Assembly: GCA_965649745.1 (NCBI GenBank)
Contig: CBFGLW010000002.1
Coordinates: 31,580-95,579, forward strand
Length of the DNA stretch: 64,000 nt
Direction of reading: 5' to 3'
DNA from: an uncultured Mesorhizobium sp.
GTDB taxonomy: Bacteria; Pseudomonadota; Alphaproteobacteria; Rhizobiales; Rhizobiaceae
The stretch's first letter is position 1; every line of letters begins with the position of its first letter. Positions 15,734-25,995 of this stretch are shown here, piece after piece. Made by a program: the position numbers and the translations under genes. The notes below the pieces were generated by a model. The model made no database searches, was not told where the DNA came from, and saw only the letters and a program-made list of their open reading frames with translations.

Positions 15734-18445
15734 GTGACTGTCGCGCCGACCCTTGCCAACGAGAATGCTGTCGCTTCGCTACCCGAGCCTTTCGTCAGAT
15801 GGTTCGCGCAGAAGGGCTGGTCGCCGCGCCCCCACCAGCTCGAATTGCTGGCGCGTTCGCAGGCGGGGCAATCGACGCTGCTGATCGCGCCGACCGGCGC
15901 CGGCAAGACGCTGGCCGGCTTCCTGCCGCCGCTCACCGAATTGGCCGTGCGGCCGAAACGCAAGCCGGGCGAGGCGCGTCGCGGCATCCACACGCTTTAC
16001 ATCTCGCCGCTCAAGGCGCTGGCCGTCGACATCGAACGCAATCTCGGCAAGCCGGTCGAGGAGATCGGCCTGCCCATCTCCATCGAGACGCGCACCGGCG
16101 ACACGCCGGCACACAAGCGCCAGCGCCAGAAATTGGTTCCGCCGGACATCCTGCTCACCACCCCGGAGCAATTGGCCCTGCTGATCGCCGGCACCGATGC
16201 GCGCCGCTTCTTCGAGGATTTGCGCTACGTCGTTCTGGATGAACTGCATTCGCTGGTGACGTCGAAGCGCGGGCATCTTCTGGCGCTCGGCCTGGCGCGG
16301 CTGCGCGCATTCCAGCCGGACCTGCGAACCATTGGCCTGTCCGCCACCGTGGCCGAGCCGGACGAGTTGAGAAGATGGCTGGTGGGGCAGGAGAACTTGC
16401 CCCCTCCACCGCCTTCGGCGGACCACGCAAAGCGTGGTGGAGGGGGCGCAGCCTCCATGGCCGGTCTCGTCACCGTTGCCGGCGGCGCCAAACCGGAAAT
16501 ATCCATCCTCGATTCCGAGGAACATGTGCCATGGGCCGGTCACTCCGCGCGCTATGCCATTCCGGAAATTTACGAGGCGATCAAGCGGCACAAGACGACG
16601 CTGCTGTTCGTCAACACCCGCAGCCAGGCCGAGCTGCTGTTCCAGGAACTTTGGCGTGTCAACGACGATACGCTGCCCATCGCCCTGCATCACGGCTCGC
16701 TCGATGTCGGCCAGCGGCGGCGGGTCGAGAAGGCCATGGCTGACAATGCGCTGCGCGCCATCGTCGCGACCTCGACGCTCGATCTCGGCATCGATTGGGG
16801 CGATGTCGATCTTGTCATCCATGTCGGCGCGCCGAAGGGGGCGAGCCGGCTTGCACAGCGCATAGGCCGCGCCAATCACCGCATGGATGAGCCGTCCAAG
16901 GCCGTGCTCATTCCCGCCAACCGTTTCGAGGTGCTGGAGTGTCGCGCCGCGCTGGACGCTAACTATCTGGGGGCGCAGGACACGCCGCCGCTGCTGGCCG
17001 GCGCGCTCGACGTGCTGGCGCAGCATGTGCTGGGCACCGCCTGCGCGGCGCCCTTCGATGCCGATCTTCTTTATCGGGAAGTCACCGGCGCTTCTCCCTA
17101 TGCGGGGCTCGACCGCGAAACCTTCGACCGCGTCGTCGATTTCGTCGCCACTGGCGGTTATGCGCTGCAGAGCTACGAGCGCTATGCCCGCATCCGCAGA
17201 ACGAAAGAGGGGCTTTGGCGCGTTACGCATCCGCGCGTGGCGCAGCAATACCGGCTGAATGTGGGCACCATCGTCGAGATGCCGGAACTCAATGTCCGCT
17301 ATGTCCGCCAGGGCAGGGGAATGGCCGGGCGCGGCGGTCCGGTTCTGGGCAAGGTAGAAGAGTATTTCGCCGAGACGCTGCGGCCGGGCGACAATTTCCT
17401 TTTCGCCGGCAAGGTGCTGCGCTTCGAAGGCATCCGCGAGAACGAATGCATCGTCTCCAATGGCGGCGCCGGCGCGCAGATCATCGTGCCGAGCTATGCT
17501 GGCGGCAAGTTCCCGCTTTCGACCTATCTCGCCGATCAGGTGCGCGGCATGTTGGCCGACCCGGCCCGCTGGAGCGTGCTTCCGGACCAGGTGTCCGATT
17601 GGCTGCGCCTGCAGAAAGAAAAATCAGTGCTGCCGAAGCGCGGCGACCTGCTGGTCGAAACCTTCCCGCGCGGCAACCGCCATTACATGGTGTGCTACCC
17701 GTTCGAAGGCCGGCTGGCGCACCAGACACTGGGCATGCTCCTGACACGGCGGCTGGAGCGCGCCAACGCCCGCCCGCTCGGTTTCGTCGCCACCGACTAT
17801 GCGCTGGCCGTCTGGGGACTTGACGACATGGGAGCGATCTTCAAGTCCGGAAGGCCGTCGCTCGCACAGTTGTTCGACGAGGATATGCTCGGCGACGATC
17901 TCGACGCCTGGTTGAACGATTCCTGGATGTTGAAGCGGATGTTCCGCAATTGCGCCGTCATTTCCGGGCTGATCGAGAAACGCTTTCCGGGACAGGAAAA
18001 GAGCGGCCGGCAGGTCACGGTCTCGGCGGACCTCATCTACGATGTGCTGCGCAGCCACGAGGCGGACCATATCCTGCTGCAGGCCACGCGGGCGGACGCG
18101 GCGGCGGGCCTGCTCGATGTCAGCAGACTTGCCGAGATGCTCTCGCGCATCCGTGGTCGAATCATGCATAAGGAACTGGAGCAGATTTCGCCGCTGGCCG
18201 TGCCGATCATGCTCGAAATCGGCAAGGAATCGGTCAATGGCGACGCCAATGAATCGCTGCTGACGGAAGCTGCGGATTTGGTGCAGGAAGCGATGGGCCA
18301 AGCGGCGCCGGAAGGGCCGGCCCGCAACGGCCCCAAGGTCACCATCCGTGGAACGGCGCCGAAACCGATCCGAGAGCGGCAGGGCGTCGGGACCGCCGAA
18401 TATGGCCGGCGGACCATCCAGGAAAAGGACACGAAACGGAAATGA
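15734..18445 (+). CDS. Ligase-associated DNA damage response DEXH-box helicase (Lhr-like)
   Basis: APTGAGKT (Walker A), VLDELH (DExH), and long Lhr-type C-terminal domains. Contiguous with pdeM through an ATGA overlap. Confidence 0.88.
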   Translation: MTVAPTLANENAVASLPEPFVRWFAQKGWSPRPHQLELLARSQAGQSTLLIAPTGAGKTLAGFLPPLTELAVRPKRKPGEARRGIHTLYISPLKALAVDIERNLGKPVEEIGLPISIETRTGDTPAHKRQRQKLVPPDILLTTPEQLALLIAGTDARRFFEDLRYVVLDELHSLVTSKRGHLLALGLARLRAFQPDLRTIGLSATVAEPDELRRWLVGQENLPPPPPSADHAKRGGGGAASMAGLVTVAGGAKPEISILDSEEHVPWAGHSARYAIPEIYEAIKRHKTTLLFVNTRSQAELLFQELWRVNDDTLPIALHHGSLDVGQRRRVEKAMADNALRAIVATSTLDLGIDWGDVDLVIHVGAPKGASRLAQRIGRANHRMDEPSKAVLIPANRFEVLECRAALDANYLGAQDTPPLLAGALDVLAQHVLGTACAAPFDADLLYREVTGASPYAGLDRETFDRVVDFVATGGYALQSYERYARIRRTKEGLWRVTHPRVAQQYRLNVGTIVEMPELNVRYVRQGRGMAGRGGPVLGKVEEYFAETLRPGDNFLFAGKVLRFEGIRENECIVSNGGAGAQIIVPSYAGGKFPLSTYLADQVRGMLADPARWSVLPDQVSDWLRLQKEKSVLPKRGDLLVETFPRGNRHYMVCYPFEGRLAHQTLGMLLTRRLERANARPLGFVATDYALAVWGLDDMGAIFKSGRPSLAQLFDEDMLGDDLDAWLNDSWMLKRMFRNCAVISGLIEKRFPGQEKSGRQVTVSADLIYDVLRSHEADHILLQATRADAAAGLLDVSRLAEMLSRIRGRIMHKELEQISPLAVPIMLEIGKESVNGDANESLLTEAADLVQEAMGQAAPEGPARNGPKVTIRGTAPKPIRERQGVGTAEYGRRTIQEKDTKRK

Positions 18446-19155
18446 CCGCCGCCGCGCTGGCAAAATCGATAGCTGATTCCGGATTGGTCGGGATAGCCGG
18501 CGAATGCGCGGTCTGCGATCCGCGCGGCGTTCTCTATTTTCCCGACCTGCAACTGCTGGCCGTTTCCGACCTGCACCTGGAGAAGGGGTCGTCCTTCGCA
18601 CGGCGTGGCGCGCTGCTGCCCCCTTACGATACCGGCGCGACTCTGCTCCGGCTGCAGGCAGCGATCGCCGACTACAAGCCCGCCATCGTCATCAGCCTTG
18701 GCGATTCCTTCCATGACGGGCAGGGTGCCGAACGCCTTCACCCGAGCTTCCGCGAACGGCTGCAAGGACTGATCGCCGGACGCGACTGGTTCTGGGTCAC
18801 CGGAAATCATGATCCGGATGCGCCGGCGGATCTGCCCGGCGACACTGTTCGCGAACTGGCGGTCGCCTCGCTTCTGTTTCGCCATGAGCCGTCCCGTGCC
18901 GCCGTCGAGGGCGAGATCGCCGGGCATCTGCATCCTTGCGCCCGCATCGTCCAGCGCGGCCGGTCGGTCAGGCGTCGCTGTTTCGTCGGCGACGGCGGGC
19001 GCATGATCATGCCTGCCTTCGGCGCTTATACCGGTTCACTGAACGTGCTGGACCGCGCCTATCAGGGGCTTTTCAAACCGGAGACGCTGATGGCCTACAT
19101 GCTGGGGGCCGAGCGCATCTTCGCGTTGCCGGGTTCGATGCTGCGGCCGGGCTGA
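18442..19155 (+). CDS. pdeM: Ligase-associated DNA damage response metallophosphoesterase/endonuclease PdeM
   Basis: Calcineurin-like motifs LAVSDLHLEKG, LGDSFHD and VTGNHD. Position is downstream of the Lhr-like helicase. Confidence 0.8.
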   Translation: MTAAALAKSIADSGLVGIAGECAVCDPRGVLYFPDLQLLAVSDLHLEKGSSFARRGALLPPYDTGATLLRLQAAIADYKPAIVISLGDSFHDGQGAERLHPSFRERLQGLIAGRDWFWVTGNHDPDAPADLPGDTVRELAVASLLFRHEPSRAAVEGEIAGHLHPCARIVQRGRSVRRRCFVGDGGRMIMPAFGAYTGSLNVLDRAYQGLFKPETLMAYMLGAERIFALPGSMLRPG

Positions 19156-19168
19156 TCTTGCCGTATCC

Positions 19169-19957
19169 TCAATCCCGCTTGAAGACGAGCCGTCCGAGCC
19201 AGCCGGTCAGCATGGCGAGGCAGACAGCCAGGAAGCCGTAGCTCGGGCCATGGTTGTGGGCGAAGCGATAGATGGTCTGCTCGAAGCCGGATTTACGGAT
19301 TTCGAGCTGCGCCGAGGTTTCCTTGACGAAGGTGCCATTCTTGAACAGGAAGGCGCGCGCCTTGTGGGTGCCGACCGGGACGTTGGGCGCGAGCCGCACC
19401 GTGGCGCGGAACAGGCTCTGCGATAGGAACTGCACGCCGCCGACATTTTCGCTGTAGAGGCCGTTGGCCACCTTGCGCTGCCGCAACGCCGCGGTGAATT
19501 CCTGGATCGTCGCCGGGGCTTCCGTGGTGTCCGCCGGCTGCATGTAGATGTTGTTGGCGCCCAGCGCGAGGCGCCTGTAGCTGTTGGGATCGGTGATATC
19601 TTGGGTGGCGCGGGTGGTGGCGACGGAATAGGAGACCGGCACGTTGTTGAAAGTCTCGGATTCGAGGTTCATCCAGATGCCGAGGACGCGTTCCTTGCGT
19701 CGGACCATCACCGCGCGGCCTGGGCCTTCGAGCACCACAATCACATCGTAACGGCCCTGCCGCGCAAACAGCGGATCGGCATCCTCGAGCGAGCCGAAGA
19801 TGGTCAGGTCCGCGCCGGAAAAGCCGGCCGTGATCGAGATATGGTCGGTGGAAAGCCCGATTTGGATATTCTCCACATGCGGCGATTGGGCACTGGCCGG
19901 CTGGGCTGCAAGCAGCGCCGCGGCAATCAGCAGGCCGAATGCGCGAAGCCGCCGCAT
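19169..19957 (-). CDS. TIGR02186-family membrane protein (signal peptide plus C-terminal TM)
   Basis: N-terminal signal MRRLRAFGLLIAAALLAAQPASA and C-terminal TM. It pairs with a TauE/SafE gene, as commonly seen in alphaproteobacteria (from memory). Confidence 0.6.
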   Translation of the reverse strand: MRRLRAFGLLIAAALLAAQPASAQSPHVENIQIGLSTDHISITAGFSGADLTIFGSLEDADPLFARQGRYDVIVVLEGPGRAVMVRRKERVLGIWMNLESETFNNVPVSYSVATTRATQDITDPNSYRRLALGANNIYMQPADTTEAPATIQEFTAALRQRKVANGLYSENVGGVQFLSQSLFRATVRLAPNVPVGTHKARAFLFKNGTFVKETSAQLEIRKSGFEQTIYRFAHNHGPSYGFLAVCLAMLTGWLGRLVFKRD

Positions 19958-20880
19958 CAGCCGACATCCGGTATGGAGAGGGAATAGAGGTTGGGCGGCG
20001 TGACGAACAGGTCGATCGCCAGGCGGATTGCGACCGCCAGAACCAATAACGCCAGCAGCGCCCGCAATTGTTCGCCGCGCAGCTTCTGCCCGGCCTTCGC
20101 GCCATATTGTGCACCGGCCACGCCGCCCACCATCAGCAGGAAGGCCAGCATGACATCGACCGTATAGTTGGTGCTGGCATGGACGAGCGTCGTGTAGGCG
20201 GATGTGAAAATGATCTGGAACAGCGATGTGCCGATAACGACGTTGGTCGGAACGCGCAGCAGATAGATCAACGCCGGCACCATGATGAAGCCGCCGCCCA
20301 CGCCCATGATCGATGACAGGAAACCGATGGCCGCGCCGATGCCGACGACTGGAATGACGCTGACGAACAGCTTCGAGGCCCTGAAGCGCATCTTCAGCGG
20401 CAGCTTGTGTATCCAGTTGTGCTGGCCGGATTTCTTCAGCGTCGGCGCGGCGCCGCTGCGCGATGCCCGCAGCGCGTTGACGCTCTCGAAAAGCATCAGC
20501 CCGCCAACGGTTCCGAGCAAGGCGACATAGAGCAGCGAGATGAACAGGTCGAGCTGGCCTATGCTGCGCAGCAGCGCAAAGACATAGATGCCGAAGGTCG
20601 ATCCGACCACGCCTCCCGCCAGCAGCACGCCCCCGAGCTTGAAGTCGAGCGTTCCGCGCTTCATGTGCGACAGCGCGCCGGAGAATGATGAGGCGATGAC
20701 CTGGTTGGCGCCGGTGGCGACCGCGATCGCGGGCGGGATGTTGTAGAAGATCAGCAGCGGGGTGATGAGAAAGCCGCCGCCGACGCCGAACATGCCCGAG
20801 AGGAAGCCCACCGCCGCGCCCATCGCCAGCAGCACGAAGATGTTGACCGAAATTTCCGCGATCGGAAGATAGATGCCCAC
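19957..20880 (-). CDS. TauE/SafE-family sulfite/anion exporter membrane protein
   Basis: Polytopic protein with a repeated GGGF(L/I)..P motif (GVGGGFLITPLL, GVGGGFIMVPAL). Confidence 0.75.
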   Translation of the reverse strand: MGIYLPIAEISVNIFVLLAMGAAVGFLSGMFGVGGGFLITPLLIFYNIPPAIAVATGANQVIASSFSGALSHMKRGTLDFKLGGVLLAGGVVGSTFGIYVFALLRSIGQLDLFISLLYVALLGTVGGLMLFESVNALRASRSGAAPTLKKSGQHNWIHKLPLKMRFRASKLFVSVIPVVGIGAAIGFLSSIMGVGGGFIMVPALIYLLRVPTNVVIGTSLFQIIFTSAYTTLVHASTNYTVDVMLAFLLMVGGVAGAQYGAKAGQKLRGEQLRALLALLVLAVAIRLAIDLFVTPPNLYSLSIPDVG

Positions 20881-21066
20881 CCGTCTGTCTCGATCAGTTC
20901 CGCGCTCCGAGGCGAAAATTCCGCGGCGAAGCGTTCAAAAGCTCGTTCGTTCTTGCGCCGCCGGGACAACGAAGTCAAACCGCGCTGCGCCGCCGAAACA
21001 AAAAACATCTCAATCGGTTAACAGGCGAAAGTATGGCGCGCCGTCGAGGAAACGACACCACCGTCA

Positions 21067-24000
21067 TTATTTGCGTGCGATCAGCGCCTTCACCAGCTTT
21101 TCGTCGACCTTTCCGGTGGGCGGCAGATCGTTGTCGCCCTGGAAGGCGATGATTGCGTTCTTGGTCTTCTGGCCCATGATGCCATCGGCTCCTCCAGCGT
21201 CGTAGCCGTTCTTGTTGAGGATGCGCTGGATGTTCTGCACTGCCTTCTTCATGTCGACGCTGGCGGTTGTCGTTGGCGCGTCCTGCCACGCATCGGGAAT
21301 GTCGATGCTGTTGGCGGTTTCTTTGAGCGGCCGGGCCTTCCACAATTCGGTCGCGGCGCGGGCCCGTTCGAGTTGTTCGGGCCGCAGCGCGTTGGCGATC
21401 TCGTCGCGCTTGGATGCCGCATCCTTATCGCCTGTCTTGGCGACCAGCGCGAACCACTTGTAGGATTCCTCAAGGTTCTGGGCCATGCCGACGCCCTTGG
21501 CTGCGAGAATGCCAAGATTGAACTGGCTGTCCTTGACGCCAAGATCTGCCGCTTCATGAAACCAGCGCGCCGCCGCTTCATTGTCGGCGGTGCCGTCCGC
21601 TCCCATGGCGAACAACACAGCAAGGTTATGCATGGCGCTGGCGTTGCCCTGCTCGGCGGCCTTCCGGTACCAGGCCTTCGACTTCTGGATGTCGCGCGCG
21701 ACGCCGATGCCCTTTTCATAGAAATTGCCGATACGGTATTCGGCCGGCGCAAAGCCGAGATTGGCGGACGCCTCGTACCATTTTGCGGCGGACGCCATGT
21801 CTTCCTTGACCCCGCGTGCCTCGGCGTAGCGTGAGCCGATCTCGAACAGCGCCTTGGCATCGCCCGCCTCCGCCGATTCGCGTAGCGCCGGCGAACCGAT
21901 CTCGGAAGGAACTTCGAACTTGGCGGCGGCGCCAGCCTGGTCCTGCACCGGCGGTACGGCGCCGGTCGTTTCCGCCGGAGCGCTTGCGACCGCTGGCTCG
22001 TCATTTGCAGCCATGCCTTCGCTGGCCTGCATCTCGCCGCTCTGCATCACGGGTGCGACTGGTGCTGCCACCATGCTCGCCATATCGGCGTCGTCCTTGG
22101 CCTTGCCTGCGGGCATGCCGTCCACGGCCGCACCGTTGGTGGGTTCGTCCTGACCGACGATACGCACCGTTTCAGGCGCCAGCGCATCTTTTTCGGTTAC
22201 AGCCGCCGGCGCATTCGAGGCGTCGGCCGTCATGGTAACGGCAGTCGGCTCGCTGGTGGGCGTCGGGACGTCGATCGACGCGACCTGGGGATCGGAAAGG
22301 AATGCCTTGCCGAGTTGCAGGCCGGCCAGCGCGAGCATGATCGCTGCCGCGGCCATCAGCACCGGCTTGCGCCGCGCCTTCAGGAGATCGCCGAGACGCA
22401 GCGCCTTGACTGGTCCACCGAGGCTCGACTGCTTCTTCAGAACTTCCGCTTCCGCAGCGGCGGCCTGAGCGGCGCGGCGGGCTGCGGCGATGAAGTCGGA
22501 TTTGGCCGCGTCGCCTTCGGCCTGCCTTGTCGGCTGGCCGCGCTCGTCGCGGACCCGCTTCATGATGGCGCTGAGATCGGGCGCACCCGAACCCGGCTCC
22601 AGCGGGCGATTGACCAGCGTCGGTTCTAATGGCTCGTCCAAGCTGACCGCTGGCGCTTCCGATATCACCGATGCCGAAGGTGCCGGTGTAGCGCTGGCTT
22701 CCTTGCGTCCGCTGAAGGCTTTGGCGAGGCCGCCAAGCATGGATTTCCGGCGACCTTCCGGCTGGTCCTTGGCTTCGACGGTGTCGACGTCGACCGCAGC
22801 CCTTGCCGCTTCCGCCGCGGCTTCCGCCGGCGTGCGGGTAAAGACGGCGCGCGAGGTGGCGGCCATGCGGTCTTCTTCCCCGACCTCCGCCGGGAATGGC
22901 ATCGGTTCGTCCATCGCCAGCGTCGGTGCGTCGCGGACGGCCAGCTTCGCCGTTGGCAGTTCGTCATCGACGGCTTCGCCGCCGTTCTCGAGCGATCCGA
23001 GCCTGTCGACGATTTTCAACAGCGTGTCGTGGATGGCTTCGAAGGTCTTGGTATTGCGCTCATCGGAGCGACGGGTCAGCGTTTCCAGTTCCTTCAGATC
23101 GTGGGCAAGGCCAGAAACGGCGGCGCCTTCGGTGCTGCCGGCGCCCATGGCGCGAACGGCATTTTCCGCCGCCTGCCGGGCAGCCTCGAGGATGCTGTCG
23201 CGATTTCCGGCGATGGACTGTTCGATCTTCTCGATCCTGGGAGAGATATCCTCGAATTCCGGCAACGGCGTTCCGGGTTTGGAGAGATGCGCCGACAGTC
23301 CCGAGACCTGCTGTTCCAGGCTGCGGATCAGGTCTGGATCGATACCGGCGACCTGTGCCGCCGAGGAATCCAGACGGTTCGAAATGTCGGCCAGGCGGCT
23401 TTCAAGCCCCCGGATAGCCGCTTCGCTGGCGCTGTCCACGGGACGCGTCTCCAGCCGCTTGGCCAGTGCCGTGAAACGAGCATCGATCGCCTCCATGATG
23501 CCGGCGGTGTCGAACGAGGCTTCCGGCGCACGACGGTCGAGCCTGTCGGCAACTTCGTCCAGCCGGCGTTCCAGATCGCGGAAAAGCATGTTTCCGTGTT
23601 CGAGGGCGTCGCTTTGACGCCGCTCGAACATTGTCGACAGCATGTCGAAGCGCTGCTCCAGACCCTGCAGAAGCTGGTCGGCTTCCGGCAATGCTGTGCC
23701 GCGGTCGACCTTTTCCGCAATCGAGGCGATCTGCCGGCCCAGCCGGTCAATCGCCTGCTCGGGCAATTGCGCGCGCGTCGCCAGATCGTCGACGCGGCTC
23801 GAAAGCATCTCGACCTGATCGATGACGGCATTGGCAGGACGGCTCTCGGCCACTTCCTCGATCTGCCGGGCCAACGCCTCGATACGCTGTTCGATGCGCT
23901 CGAACGGTGCGGGATCGAACGTGTTGGATTTGGAGGCGACCGTCGAAGCCACGATGGCGCGTGAAATCTCGTCGAGCCGCTCGTCGATCAGGCCAAAAGT

Positions 24001-24876
24001 CTGGCTGCCGCCTGCATTCTGCTGGCTGGCGAATTGATTGACAGTGCCTGCAAGCACGCGGATTTTTTCTTCCAGCGAGCGCAGCGGCAACGAGTCAGGC
24101 AGGCTGTTGACGGCACGGCCGATTTGTTCGAGGCGGTCGTTCAATGCCTCGATGCCCGCACCTCGGACGTCTTGGGAAAAACGATCTTCGAAGGCGTTCC
24201 AGCGGCGGTCGAAATCGTCCCAGCGACGGTCGACTGCTTGCACGCTTTCCTCGCGCGCCAGCGTGTCCAGCGCCGCCTTCATCTGTTCGAGTTCCAGCCG
24301 AAGCAGGCTGACATTGCGGTCTTCGCCCTTTTCGGAGAGTGCGCGGATCGCACCGGAAAGACGGTCGAATTCGAGATTGAGTTCGGCCGCGTGTTTGGCG
24401 GCGGGGTTGGACCGCAGGGAGCGGTCGATATCCTTGCGCAGCGCTTCAAATTCGCGGTGCAGGCCGGCCGTCATCTGATGTCGTAATTCCTCGCGTAGGC
24501 CACGCAGTTCGCCTGCGATCCTGCCGACCATGGCGAGGCCGTCTTCCTGGCCGCGCACACGGTCGATCTCGCGCGCCAGCGACTGATAATTCTGTTCCTG
24601 GCGTCGGCCGGCAGGCCGCTGCTGGTAGCGCGGCTCGTCATAGCTGCGCTGCGAACGTGGCATTCCGGGCGGCGGTTGCCCATAAGGGTCGGCGCGTGCA
24701 TAGCGCGGTTCGTTCTGGAAACCGTCCTGGCGGCCATAGTCCGAGGCGCCCTCGCGCGAGCGGCCAAGCCGCTGCTCCAGCGTCTCCAGCGAGCGGTTGA
24801 GCTGTTCCAGCGTCGTATGCGGCCTGCGCTGCCTGCCGGCATTGAGTGAATCGAGATAGGACCGCTTGCTGTTCAT
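21067..24876 (-). CDS. podJ: PodJ-like polarity protein: long coiled-coil cytoplasmic region, one TM, Sel1 repeats, C-terminal peptidoglycan-binding domain
   Basis: TM segment VLMAAAAIMLALAGLQL. Sel1-like repeats (AAKWYEASANLGFAPAEYRIGNFY..., AWYRKAAEQGNASAMHNLAVLF...). PG_binding_1-like tail QRILNKNGYDAGGADGIMGQKTKNAIIAFQGDNDLPPTG. The architecture equals PodJ of Caulobacter and rhizobia. Confidence 0.7.
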   Translation of the reverse strand: MNSKRSYLDSLNAGRQRRPHTTLEQLNRSLETLEQRLGRSREGASDYGRQDGFQNEPRYARADPYGQPPPGMPRSQRSYDEPRYQQRPAGRRQEQNYQSLAREIDRVRGQEDGLAMVGRIAGELRGLREELRHQMTAGLHREFEALRKDIDRSLRSNPAAKHAAELNLEFDRLSGAIRALSEKGEDRNVSLLRLELEQMKAALDTLAREESVQAVDRRWDDFDRRWNAFEDRFSQDVRGAGIEALNDRLEQIGRAVNSLPDSLPLRSLEEKIRVLAGTVNQFASQQNAGGSQTFGLIDERLDEISRAIVASTVASKSNTFDPAPFERIEQRIEALARQIEEVAESRPANAVIDQVEMLSSRVDDLATRAQLPEQAIDRLGRQIASIAEKVDRGTALPEADQLLQGLEQRFDMLSTMFERRQSDALEHGNMLFRDLERRLDEVADRLDRRAPEASFDTAGIMEAIDARFTALAKRLETRPVDSASEAAIRGLESRLADISNRLDSSAAQVAGIDPDLIRSLEQQVSGLSAHLSKPGTPLPEFEDISPRIEKIEQSIAGNRDSILEAARQAAENAVRAMGAGSTEGAAVSGLAHDLKELETLTRRSDERNTKTFEAIHDTLLKIVDRLGSLENGGEAVDDELPTAKLAVRDAPTLAMDEPMPFPAEVGEEDRMAATSRAVFTRTPAEAAAEAARAAVDVDTVEAKDQPEGRRKSMLGGLAKAFSGRKEASATPAPSASVISEAPAVSLDEPLEPTLVNRPLEPGSGAPDLSAIMKRVRDERGQPTRQAEGDAAKSDFIAAARRAAQAAAAEAEVLKKQSSLGGPVKALRLGDLLKARRKPVLMAAAAIMLALAGLQLGKAFLSDPQVASIDVPTPTSEPTAVTMTADASNAPAAVTEKDALAPETVRIVGQDEPTNGAAVDGMPAGKAKDDADMASMVAAPVAPVMQSGEMQASEGMAANDEPAVASAPAETTGAVPPVQDQAGAAAKFEVPSEIGSPALRESAEAGDAKALFEIGSRYAEARGVKEDMASAAKWYEASANLGFAPAEYRIGNFYEKGIGVARDIQKSKAWYRKAAEQGNASAMHNLAVLFAMGADGTADNEAAARWFHEAADLGVKDSQFNLGILAAKGVGMAQNLEESYKWFALVAKTGDKDAASKRDEIANALRPEQLERARAATELWKARPLKETANSIDIPDAWQDAPTTTASVDMKKAVQNIQRILNKNGYDAGGADGIMGQKTKNAIIAFQGDNDLPPTGKVDEKLVKALIARK

Positions 24877-25170
24877 CGAACCGCCTGTTTCGAAATGCCG
24901 GCCGGAACCGGTTTCCTTTCAAATCCCGTCGGGACGAAGGCGGCCGCTTGGTCCTGCGGCGGAAGATGGACTTTCCCGGGTTCTACCCGCGCTCCGAGAA
25001 ACCGTGAAAAATTCGATACAAGATAAACACGGGTGACCGACATGCGCACAATTCTCCCATCGTGGTAAACAAGGCGTTAACCAAGCTTAAGAAGCTGCAA
25101 GATTTATGGAGTCGGGCTGTCTCGGGACGGTGCGGCAACATTGCACTTGCGCGGCAAATACATAAAAGAT

Positions 25171-25190
25171 ATACGTTTACGTAAAGGTAA
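25171..25190. promoter_or_regulatory. Candidate autoregulatory operator of the MerR (LiuR-like) regulator
   Basis: atACGTTT-ACGT-AAAGGTaa, about 110 nt upstream of ATG 25299. An additional 8-bp inverted repeat, TTGGAAGC-N8-GCTTCCAA, lies at 25229-25252. Confidence 0.4.
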
Positions 25191-25298
25191 GCGGTGCCGG
25201 ATGGCCCGCCCGCAATCGTTCCAACAGATTGGAAGCCTGCCCCAGCTTCCAAATGGCGACGCCGGCATCTGCCGCGATGCCGCCTCGGGGAAAGCAAA

Positions 25299-25763
25299 AT
25301 GACCATGACTGTAACCAAGGCCGGGAAATCCGCGGCCAATATGAATACCCTTCCGGATGCCGATGCCGAGGAATTCGTGCGGATTGGCGAGATGGCCAAG
25401 AAATATGGCGTCACGCTGCGCACCCTGCGCTTTTATGAAGACAAGGGGCTGCTCAACCCGAAGCGGGAAGGCTCGACGCGGCTTTACACGCGCCGCGACA
25501 ATGTCAGGCTGAAGCTCATCCTGCTTGGCCGCAAGGTCGGATTCTCGCTGCGCGACGTCAAGCAGATGATCGACCTCTACGATCCGACCGGCTCCAACAC
25601 CAAGCAACTGCGCCTTGCGCTGGACAAATCGGAAAAGCAACTTGCCCGCCTCAACAAGCAGAGAGCGCTCATCGACGAGGCAATCGGCGACCTGACCTCT
25701 GCCATGGCCGTCGTACGCCAGATGCTGGCCGAACGCTCGACGCAGTCAAGCGCCGCGAACTGA
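25299..25763 (+). CDS. MerR-family transcriptional regulator (LiuR-like)
   Basis: VRIGEMAKKYGVTLRTLRFYEDKGLL is a MerR HTH. The gene lies upstream of an acyl-CoA dehydrogenase / beta-oxidation operon. Confidence 0.8.
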   Translation: MTMTVTKAGKSAANMNTLPDADAEEFVRIGEMAKKYGVTLRTLRFYEDKGLLNPKREGSTRLYTRRDNVRLKLILLGRKVGFSLRDVKQMIDLYDPTGSNTKQLRLALDKSEKQLARLNKQRALIDEAIGDLTSAMAVVRQMLAERSTQSSAAN

Positions 25764-25995
25764 CGGAAGAATCTTCCGGGAGCCGACAATCTCGGGAGAT
25801 TTGGACGCTGGGACAGACAGCCGGACTGTAAGCCTGGCCGCAAGACGGGTCTTTTTCGGCGATCCGCCCAGGCAGCGTCTATGGTCGTTCCGGTAAGGCA
25901 GAGGCGATGCAGCTCTGCTGGAATCGCCGGAAATCCGGGCCGTGTCATAAGTCGGCAGCGCCGCCGTTATATGCAAATTTGCGTCCGATGACATA

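Noticed and set aside
15779-17248. 489-aa minus-strand ORF inside the Lhr-like helicase gene
   Set aside because: It is antisense to a gene carrying Walker A and DExH motifs, and its sequence is low-complexity and Arg-rich. The same reasoning applies to 17624-18601 and 18037-18933.
21212-24922. Numerous 70-375-aa alternative-frame ORFs inside the podJ-like gene (e.g. 22490-23617, 23029-23964, 21249-22004)
   Set aside because: All are nested in a single 1,269-aa ORF with coherent domain architecture, and their sequences are Ser/Arg/Ala low-complexity.
25077-25090. CtrA-box-like TTAA...TTAA upstream of the podJ-like gene
   Set aside because: The spacer is 6 nt (TTAA-CCAAGC-TTAA), not the N7 of the CtrA consensus, so it is not called.
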